From NCBI RefSeq assembly GCF_000010625.1, contig NC_010296.1, positions 5,400,001-5,432,000 on the forward strand: DNA of 32,000 nt, read 5' to 3'. Shown piece by piece: positions 25,616 to 32,000 of the stretch; the stretch's first letter is position 1, and each line of letters begins with the position of its first letter. The position numbers and the translations under genes were made by a program. The DNA is from Microcystis aeruginosa NIES-843. Its GTDB lineage: Bacteria > Cyanobacteriota > Cyanobacteriia > Cyanobacteriales > Microcystaceae. Under the pieces are notes generated by a model. The model was not told where the DNA came from. It saw nothing but the letters and a program-made list of their open reading frames with translations, and did not search any database.

Positions 25616-27205
25616 TCAACCTCCACCACCACAACCACCACCACCACCACCACCACAACCACCACAACCGCCACTGCCGCCGCCATCACTGCCGCTACTG
25701 CCGCCACAACCGCCGCTGCCGCCATCACTGCCGCCACTGCCGCCATCACTGCCGCCACTGCCGCCATCACTGCCGCCACTGCCGCCATCACTGCCGCTAC
25801 TAGCAGCGGCTATGGGAGTCAGCATTTGATACAAGTCTGCTAAAGCCATATCCGCCATCAGAACTGTTGCTCCAAACAACGCAACCGCAAGTACAAGTTC
25901 AGAATCGCTGCTATTGGCTGTTTTTAAAGGTTGTAAGCGATTTGTTAAATCATTAAAAATGATCTCTCCATAACGGCTGCGCTGACGCTGTGGTTTGACA
26001 AAAAACCTTGCTCCCAAAACTAGAAGCCCAAATATACAGATGAGAAGTAAACCAACTGGCTTATCGCGAGAAATTCCCACAGCCATTTTGCACAAGCCTA
26101 TTCCTAGAAGAATAACCACAATCAATGATGGATAAATTTGGGCTTTGAATGCTTGGGCATCGCTCAGAAACAAACCAAGTTGTTCTAGGCGGGCACGAAT
26201 GCTATCTTTCATTCCTGTAGACTTCCGGAAAACCTGTTCAATTGCCCCATCAGTGGCCAAAATATCTTGTGCAACCGCCTTTTCTACAGGATCGGCAATA
26301 GCATCGATCTTTCCTGTCACCACCAGTTTGCTTTGTGTTCTTCCAAATGGTGATTTTTCTTTTAATACCTCCACATAGCCTTGTTTTACCAAACTGGTGA
26401 TTGCGGCCATAATCAGGCGATGATTGCCACCCGCCAAGAAAGCTATCTCGTAAGTATTTAAATCAGGTTGCTGCTTTGTATTAGTGCTAACTAGGCACAG
26501 GGAAAAACGTAGCCAGGCTGCCAAAGCGATTCCCATCACTACTAGGGAAATATAGAAGGTTAAAAATTCCGGACCTGTAAAATTCATTGGGTTAGGAATT
26601 TGGGAGATTATCTGACAGCCAGTTATCATCAGTGAAAGGAAGGCTAAAAAGGTAAAGATGCCTATTTTTCGCAGTTGTGGTTTCAAGAAGATTGTCAAAT
26701 TAGGTTTTGACAAAACCCAGCTTTGTTGAGTGTTGATCCGGATAAAATGCAAATCTCGCCCGAATCGGTCTTTGGGTTTAGGCCAAATATCTATTGGGGG
26801 AATATGTCCAAAAAACTGTTCGTAACTTTCTAGCGTCTTGCTATACCAACTGCCAAATTTTAATTGCTCGGATGAACCCCCACGAGTCGGCTCGTGATGT
26901 AATGTGGTTTGCAAAATTTTGGGACAGAACTCTTGCCAGTACAATCGCGTATAGGTCAGATGTAAATGCCAAACTTGATCGATTTGGTCGGATGGCGTGA
27001 CCGGATGTCCTGCTGCAACGGCTAGAAATATAAACTTTTTGTATTCCTCGATCGCTCTCTGAGTATAGCCTAAGGACCAGCCGTTATCTTTTGCTAATCG
27101 TTGGCTGAAAGATAATTGACTATCTGGCCGATCCAAGGCAAATGCCTGAATTCTTTTGTATAGCTCTGTCTGTTGAAAGTTCATCGTCCCTAATGGGCTA
27201 TCCAT
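25616..27205 (-). CDS. Multi-pass membrane protein with an N-terminal GRDP/DUF1399-like domain and a C-terminal Gly/Ser/Cys low-complexity tail (resembles TIGR04222-domain proteins)
   Basis: 529-aa ORF. The N-terminus has QVWHLHLTYTRLYWQEFC. Several TM helices follow. It ends ...SDGGSGGSDGGSGGSDGGSGGSDGGSGGCGGSSGSDGGGSGGCGGCGGGGGGGCGGGG. The TIGR04222 resemblance (Gly/Cys-rich C-terminus) is from memory. Confidence 0.7.
   Translation of the reverse strand: MDSPLGTMNFQQTELYKRIQAFALDRPDSQLSFSQRLAKDNGWSLGYTQRAIEEYKKFIFLAVAAGHPVTPSDQIDQVWHLHLTYTRLYWQEFCPKILQTTLHHEPTRGGSSEQLKFGSWYSKTLESYEQFFGHIPPIDIWPKPKDRFGRDLHFIRINTQQSWVLSKPNLTIFLKPQLRKIGIFTFLAFLSLMITGCQIISQIPNPMNFTGPEFLTFYISLVVMGIALAAWLRFSLCLVSTNTKQQPDLNTYEIAFLAGGNHRLIMAAITSLVKQGYVEVLKEKSPFGRTQSKLVVTGKIDAIADPVEKAVAQDILATDGAIEQVFRKSTGMKDSIRARLEQLGLFLSDAQAFKAQIYPSLIVVILLGIGLCKMAVGISRDKPVGLLLICIFGLLVLGARFFVKPQRQRSRYGEIIFNDLTNRLQPLKTANSSDSELVLAVALFGATVLMADMALADLYQMLTPIAAASSGSDGGSGGSDGGSGGSDGGSGGSDGGSGGCGGSSGSDGGGSGGCGGCGGGGGGGCGGGG
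25678..25802. repeat. Tandem 21-nt repeats (ccgccatcactgccgccactg) encoding the (SDGGSGG)n tail on the minus strand
   Basis: Units at 25719, 25740, 25761 and 25782, plus a diverged unit near 25678. The 21-nt period keeps the reading frame. Confidence 0.85.
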
Positions 27206-27266
27206 AAACCCGGCCTCCCGAAAAAAACTGTTTCTAGTCGTTTATTTAGGCCGAAGAGGCTTAACT

Positions 27267-27484
27267 AGGGTTTGCTGAAAAAGCTTTTCCTGGGGGCAGG
27301 GTGTGGGGTGTGGGGTGTGGGGTGTGGGGTTTTACCAGTTTTGAGGTGGTCAACTACCTAATTTTCAGGGAAAAAGTACCTGAATTTTCCCCCGATCCCC
27401 GCAATGGCTGGCACTTTTTGAGGGGAAAAAAGTCCAAAAGTCTTATCCAACAAGGTTTTTAGATTTATTCAGCAGACCCTAACT
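27267..27484 (+). repeat. Dispersed ~210-bp repeat element, copy B
   Basis: Direct-orientation copy of 25131..25349, including gggggcagggtgtggggtgtggggtgtggggtgtgggg and the ttcaggg/cctgaa hairpin. Confidence 0.85.
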
Positions 27485-27830
27485 ATGCGTGAAGTTTAAA
27501 TTTCTTTACAAAAAGCTGGATGCTAACTATCCCTCTTTCAACTGGGCAATAAGTCTCGGAAACCGAAAAGAAAGTTGAGGAAACTGACAGAACCGGTTAG
27601 GTGAGGATAAAATACCAGTGGTCGCTTTAATATCACCTGAATAGTCGGTTTTTTGTGTCTTTCCCGAAACTATCGGCTGCTACCACTGGTTTGCTGTTGT
27701 TTGTTGTTGTAATCTGAGGAAATATAGTTCTTGCGTTCCCAAGCGCCTGAACTGCATTTGTCTCTCTAGTAACAATTGTAACAGACAATACCCATTTTGT
27801 GTAAAAAAAAGTAAACAATTTGGTAAAAAA

Positions 27831-29561
27831 TTATTTTTTGCGGTAATCTTCAACCCTCTGAGGACAGCCCCAGATTACCGTTTCCTGTTTGTAAACCACC
27901 ATACCGGGCTTGGCGCCCTTGGGTTTATAGACGTATTTGGGACGGGTATAGACGACGGGAACCTGTTCACTATGGCGAGCGCGGCTATAATAAGCGGCGT
28001 AATCGGCGGCAAATTGCAGATCGGCGGCTTCTGGAACTGTACCGGGGGTTAAACGGAGTAAAACGTGACTACCAGCGATTTCTTGACTATGAAACCAGAT
28101 ATCGTAATCGCTGGCGCTACGAAAAGTTAGCCGATCATTTTGACGGTTATTTCTGCCAATCCATAATTCTACTCCAGAGGGAGTAGTAAAGCGCATGGGT
28201 TCGGATTCTTTGTTATTCGTCCGATTACGCTGGTAATTGCTTTCTAGATACTTCTGTTGAATTAATTCTTCTTGTATCTCGTCTAGGGCCTGTAAATCTT
28301 CGCTGCTGCTATAATTTTCTAGTTGACTTAAACTCGATCGCACTTGTTCGAGATAATTAATTTCACTGACCACTTCCTCTAATAAAGGTTCCACCGCTAA
28401 CCGCGCCCTTTTTAATTTCTGATGTTGTTTATAAAAATATTGGGCATTCTGCACGGGATTTCTTTCGGGATCGAGAGGAATAATTACAGGTGTTCCTGTC
28501 TGGAAATCCGCCAAACTAATGCTAGTCATTCCCTGCTGTATTTGCTGCAGATTTGCCATTAATAAATCCCCTTGCTCTTTATAGCGATCAGCATGAGCAG
28601 ATTCTGCTAGTCTTGTTTGAAATCCCGCCGCTTTAGTTTGCAGTTTAGTCAGTAAAGAGATGACTTTTTGATTTAATTTTTGCTGTAGTTGTCGAAAGCT
28701 TTCTTGATTAATTTGGTCGCTATAATAACGGTTTAATAATTCTTGAACATTTTTAGCCGCTGCCAGTATCTCCCCACCGATCACCGTATAACCTTCTCTT
28801 GTCCATCCGGGTTGAAAGGTGTTATTTTCCAAGATTTTTAACCATTCTTGCCAAACTGAAAAGAGCTTTTCCCAATCAGTATTATCTAACTGATCCGTGT
28901 TTAATTTCGGGTTAATATTGGCTTTTTGCAACAGCGATCGAGCGATGACCGGACTAACACCACGATAGGTACTAACTAACTGTTTTTCGATAGTTTTAGG
29001 GATTAAACTAACTCTGGCTTGCCAACTGCTCAAGGATTCTTCTAAACTGGGATTTGTTGCCAATAAAACGGGGGGTAGTTGATAGATTTGTCCCGTTTGT
29101 ACGGTGCGAACACTGGACTGGGTGGCATTGACTTGATGGGCAACGGTGACAATTTGATTGTCAGCCGCAGTTAAAATAACATTGCTATATTTGCCCATAA
29201 TTTCTATATACAAATGCCCCAGGGCCGGATCATCCGGACGTTGGGCAAATTGCAGATCGATCACTCTTTCCCACGGGGCAACAAATGCTAATTTTGTCAG
29301 CGCCAAACCATTGAGTTGATGACGCAATTGATCGCTGAAAGTGAAGGTATCAGGGACTTTCGGCGGTGGATCACCAATATGCAGCCGCGCTCCTTGGGGA
29401 TGCCAAGAAATAATTAACCATCCCTTGCGATCGAAGGTTCGTAAATAGAGGGCGATCGTTTGGCGATCAATTTGATACACTTGTTCTAGTCTAGCCGGCA
29501 GCCAAGTGGCGGCAATTTCGGCACAAGTGGCGCTGAGGGTGGTAAAGTCTACGGATTGCAT
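27831..29561 (-). CDS. NFACT-family protein (FbpA/RqcH-like ribosome quality-control factor)
   Basis: 576-aa ORF. NFACT-N-like N-terminus, a central coiled coil, and the NFACT-R/DUF814 block GVELWIGRNNRQNDRLTFRSASDYDIWFHSQEIAGSHVLLR. Confidence 0.85.
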   Translation of the reverse strand: MQSVDFTTLSATCAEIAATWLPARLEQVYQIDRQTIALYLRTFDRKGWLIISWHPQGARLHIGDPPPKVPDTFTFSDQLRHQLNGLALTKLAFVAPWERVIDLQFAQRPDDPALGHLYIEIMGKYSNVILTAADNQIVTVAHQVNATQSSVRTVQTGQIYQLPPVLLATNPSLEESLSSWQARVSLIPKTIEKQLVSTYRGVSPVIARSLLQKANINPKLNTDQLDNTDWEKLFSVWQEWLKILENNTFQPGWTREGYTVIGGEILAAAKNVQELLNRYYSDQINQESFRQLQQKLNQKVISLLTKLQTKAAGFQTRLAESAHADRYKEQGDLLMANLQQIQQGMTSISLADFQTGTPVIIPLDPERNPVQNAQYFYKQHQKLKRARLAVEPLLEEVVSEINYLEQVRSSLSQLENYSSSEDLQALDEIQEELIQQKYLESNYQRNRTNNKESEPMRFTTPSGVELWIGRNNRQNDRLTFRSASDYDIWFHSQEIAGSHVLLRLTPGTVPEAADLQFAADYAAYYSRARHSEQVPVVYTRPKYVYKPKGAKPGMVVYKQETVIWGCPQRVEDYRKK

Positions 29562-29564
29562 TTT

Positions 29565-29602
29565 CAGTTATCAGTTATCAGTCATCAGTTATCAGTTATC
29601 AG
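29565..29602. repeat. Heptanucleotide tandem repeat (CAGTTAT)5, STRR-like
   Basis: cagttat cagttat cagtcat cagttat cagttat cag. It starts 4 nt upstream of the NFACT gene start codon (29561..29559, minus strand). Confidence 0.9.
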
Positions 29603-29704
29603 ATTTGAGTTTTAAGTGGACAGTGTTATCTAGCAGTTGCCGTTTTCTCTTGACTGATTACTGATTACTGTTCACTGAAAAGCCACCTAACCCCCATCAC
29701 CTTT

Positions 29705-30811
29705 TTAATTTTTACTTTTATAAAAGGGTTTTTTAACGACGGTAGCGGGGTAGGTAGTGCCGCGGATTTCTACTTCGATCGCTTGTCCGATCGCGGCGAA
29801 AGGTGTGGGAAGATAGGCTAAAGCGATCGCTGTGTTTAAAGTTGGTGATAAAGTGCCACTGGTGACTTTACCCACCACTTCCCCAGCGAATACTACCGGA
29901 TAATCGTGACGGGCGATATGTTTGCCGGACATCTGCAATCCCACCAAGCGCCGATTCACACCATTAAGTTTTTGGTCTTCAAGGACATTGCGACCGATAA
30001 AATCGCCTTTTTCTGGCAGATGAACCAACCAATTTAAGCCTGCCTCTAGGGGACTGGTGCTATCGTCGATATCCTGTCCATAAAGGGCTAAAGCTGCCTC
30101 TAAACGCAGGGTATCCCGGGCCCCTAAACCGCAGGGAGTCACCCCTAAATTTAAGAATTCCGTCCAAAGTCGCTGCCCGATTTCAGGAGGGGCCATAATT
30201 TCAAAACCATCTTCTCCCGTGTAACCGGTCCTAGCGATAAAAACTTTTTCCCCGAAAAGCTGGCTTTCCCAGTGATTAAATAGGCCAAAATCGCTTAATT
30301 TTTCCCCGACCAAGGACTGTAAAATTGTGGCTGCCTTGGGTCCTTGCAGGGCAATTAAGACCCTTTCTTGCGATAAATCCTTTAATTTGACCCCCGAACC
30401 CTCTAAATTGCCTAAAATCCATTCTCGATCTTTATCGGTGGTTGAGGCATTAACAATTAATACGCCTTGGCTTTCGCTTTGGTAGTAAAAGATAATATCA
30501 TCGATTATGCCACCGTCTGGGTTAAGTAAAACGCTATACTGTGCCTTTCCTGCGCTTAAACGGGCTAAATTAGAAGGAACTAGGGTTTGGAGAGATTGAA
30601 CCAGATTATCTCCAGTTAAGATAAATTTGCCCATGTGGGAAATGTCAAACATCCCCACACCGTTGCGGACAGCATTATGTTCGATTTTTAGGCCGCTAAA
30701 CTGTATCGGCATCTCCCAACCCGCAAAAGGGGTAAATTTGCTGGTTTGTTGGGCAATTAGGTCATATAAGGGGGTACGAATAGCGGGGGAAGTTGCTTCT
30801 TGGTTAGCCAC
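29705..30811 (-). CDS. gcvT: Glycine cleavage system aminomethyltransferase (T protein); GTG start
   Basis: 368-aa ORF. RTPLYDLIAQQTSKFTPFAGWEMPIQFSGLKIEHNAVRNGVGMFDISHMGKF is a classic GcvT N-terminus. The first codon is GTG (reverse complement of cac, 30809..30811), and an in-frame stop lies 9 codons upstream. Confidence 0.95.
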   Translation of the reverse strand: MANQEATSPAIRTPLYDLIAQQTSKFTPFAGWEMPIQFSGLKIEHNAVRNGVGMFDISHMGKFILTGDNLVQSLQTLVPSNLARLSAGKAQYSVLLNPDGGIIDDIIFYYQSESQGVLIVNASTTDKDREWILGNLEGSGVKLKDLSQERVLIALQGPKAATILQSLVGEKLSDFGLFNHWESQLFGEKVFIARTGYTGEDGFEIMAPPEIGQRLWTEFLNLGVTPCGLGARDTLRLEAALALYGQDIDDSTSPLEAGLNWLVHLPEKGDFIGRNVLEDQKLNGVNRRLVGLQMSGKHIARHDYPVVFAGEVVGKVTSGTLSPTLNTAIALAYLPTPFAAIGQAIEVEIRGTTYPATVVKKPFYKSKN

Positions 30812-30859
30812 GGTGATCTCGATCGACTGGTTTTCTGCCTAGACTAGCATAGCAGTTAT

Positions 30860-30925
30860 CAGGAGACAGGAGACTCCGAGACAGGAGACTCCGAGACAGG
30901 AGACTCCGAGACAGGAGACAGGAGA
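30860..30925. repeat. Tandem repeat (CAGGAGA)2-(CTCCGAGACAGGAGA)3-CAGGAGA
   Basis: Read directly from caggagacaggagactccgagacaggagactccgagacaggagactccgagacaggagacaggaga. It lies upstream of gcvT. Confidence 0.9.
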
Positions 30926-30943
30926 TTATTTTTATTTATACTT

Positions 30944-31076
30944 CCCACACCCCACACCCCACACCCCACACCCCACAACCTACTTCCCCACACCCCACAC
31001 CCCACACCCTACACCCTACACCCCACACCCCGCTTCCCCACACCCCACACCCCACTTCCCCACTTCCCCACTTCCC
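30944..31076. repeat. C-rich heptamer array (CCCCACA/CCCTACA/CCCCACTT variants); G-rich on the minus strand
   Basis: cccacaccccacaccccacaccccacaccccacaacctacttccccacaccccacaccccacaccctacaccctacaccccacaccccgcttccccacaccccacaccccacttccccacttccccacttccc. It ends 3 nt from the stop codon (31080..31082) of the TPR-protease gene. Confidence 0.9.
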
Positions 31077-31079
31077 AAT

Positions 31080-32000
31080 TCATAATTCCCACTCCCTTAA
31101 CCTTTCTCGCACCCTGTCAATGGGAATTGCGAAACCGCAGCCCAATCTAACGGCATTTTCTAGGGGTTTAGGAGTGGAGGGATTGGCACAAAATAAACCC
31201 GCTTGAGACATCACTCCCACCACTTGATTTTTATCGTTTAAAACTGGACTTCCCGACTGTCCAGAAACGACAAACATGGACAAACTTAAGGATTTTTCGT
31301 CATTATCATTAACCGTGCCTTTGCTGACAGTCCAATCTTTTTGATTAAAAGGATTACCGATCGAGATTACTGGTTGATTAGCGGCAATTGGTAGGGGCGC
31401 TAAAGCTAAAGGTTTTAAATCCGGGGGGGGATTTTTTACCTCCAATACTGCTAAATCGAGCCAGTCGTTAGCGGGGGTAGTGTGGAGAATTTTAGCTTTT
31501 GAACGCTTGGGAATTTTTCCCTTGGGTGGTTGGCTATAATACTCGACAAAAATGCGCGCCCCTGCATCGATTTCTTGACGGTAATTCGTCACCACATGGC
31601 GGTTAGTCACGATCCAAGCTGTATCTTGATCTCGTTTTAATAACCAACCAGTGCCGATACCATTGTTATTTTTGCCACGAATGACAATTTTAACAATTGA
31701 GCGTTTTAAATTCACCAGAGGATCACTCTTAACACTGGGAATTATCTCTGGCATTTTTAATAATTCGGGATTGTCGTGAATTAATCGCCCCCGTTGGATT
31801 TCCTGTAAAATAAATCTAACTTCTGATAAATTGGGATCAATTTCTACGGCCTGCCGACACCAATTTAGACCCTCATCGATCTGACCGCTATTGATATAGA
31901 TATAACAGAGATTTTCGTAAATCTCGGCATTTTTGGGGCTAATTTGGCGCGCCTGTTGAAAAACTGCCATCGCTTCCCCTAGTTTTCCCTGTTCCGCTAA
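31080..32000 (-). CDS. TPR-repeat protein with a C-terminal trypsin-like serine protease domain; the 5' end runs off the window
   Basis: The track ORF starts at an internal Met (31970), but the frame stays open to 32000 (LAEQGKLGEAMAVFQQAR..., a TPR helix). TPR: AEIYENLCYIYINSGQIDEGLNWCRQAVEIDPN. Protease triad contexts: TNRHVV (His), DLAVLEV (Asp), VSGQSGSPV (Ser). Confidence 0.8.
   Translation of the reverse strand, partial: LAEQGKLGEAMAVFQQARQISPKNAEIYENLCYIYINSGQIDEGLNWCRQAVEIDPNLSEVRFILQEIQRGRLIHDNPELLKMPEIIPSVKSDPLVNLKRSIVKIVIRGKNNNGIGTGWLLKRDQDTAWIVTNRHVVTNYRQEIDAGARIFVEYYSQPPKGKIPKRSKAKILHTTPANDWLDLAVLEVKNPPPDLKPLALAPLPIAANQPVISIGNPFNQKDWTVSKGTVNDNDEKSLSLSMFVVSGQSGSPVLNDKNQVVGVMSQAGLFCANPSTPKPLENAVRLGCGFAIPIDRVRERLREWEL

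Noticed and set aside
25395-25829. 144-aa Pro-rich ORF and 65-aa His/Cys/Arg-rich ORF (25606..25803) on the + strand
   Set aside because: Both are antisense or out-of-frame readings of the 21-nt tandem repeats that encode the Gly/Ser/Cys tail of the minus-strand gene. They are low-complexity artefacts.
27633-27818. 61-aa minus-strand ORF downstream of the NFACT gene
   Set aside because: It has no motif and no RBS, in an AT-rich spacer. It is unsupported.
3793-30842. Short internal antisense ORFs from the track (3793..3999, 4892..5107, 5185..5367, 5397..5615, 5790..6119, 6089..6283, 6402..6605, 7260..7640, 9731..9991, 14028..14270, 17603..17926, 19021..19227, 19638..19844, 20480..20695, 21340..21618, 26145..26378, 26794..27000, 30627..30842)
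   Set aside because: Each lies within, or largely overlaps, a longer ORF that has clear family motifs. None has a recognisable motif of its own.
30860-31076. CRISPR array (also considered for 25678..25802 and 29565..29602)
   Set aside because: The repeats are contiguous, with no unique spacers, and the units are only 7-21 nt. These are simple tandem repeats.
30812-31079. Glycine riboswitch in the gcvT leader
   Set aside because: Reading the minus strand, I could not find the conserved glycine-aptamer cores (GGAGAG...CACCGAAGGGGCAA-type). The region is made up of simple tandem repeats. An Rfam scan is still needed to be sure.

Overview
This looks like a cyanobacterial chromosome segment. It carries HIP1 GCGATCGC palindromes in the core genes and heptameric STRR-like tandem repeats. 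The composition and repeat content look Microcystis-like, but I cannot verify that without a search. Core genes: sppA (5' part, minus strand, runs off the left edge), prfC, a PlsC-like acyltransferase, a GntR/PlmA-like regulator, acyl-ACP synthetase (aas), a coiled-coil protein, two secreted hypotheticals, an NFACT/RqcH-like protein, gcvT, and a TPR plus trypsin-like protease (runs off the right edge). Accessory blocks sit between them. (1) 1611-5168: a restriction-modification cluster with a C5-cytosine MTase, a beta-class amino-MTase and a candidate nuclease. (2) 9330-17921: a co-directional operon encoding a vWA membrane protein, a 1049-aa tubulin/FtsZ-like GTPase, a MotA/ExbB-like channel protein with a very long repeat-built helical tail, and a MotB/OmpA-like partner. 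The stator pair with its long tail resembles ZorA/ZorB of the Zorya anti-phage system, but the partner genes are not the known Zorya effectors. This is my main candidate for an undescribed system. The tail gene is split by a perfect 205-bp tandem duplication. (3) 18001-19848: a PIN-toxin TA pair and two tandem Uma2-family nuclease paralogs. (4) 25131-27484: a membrane protein gene with a Gly/Ser/Cys tail, bracketed by ~210-bp direct repeats that carry G-quadruplex-type (GGGGTGT)n tracts and a hairpin. All functional calls rest on motifs read from the translations. No database search was possible.
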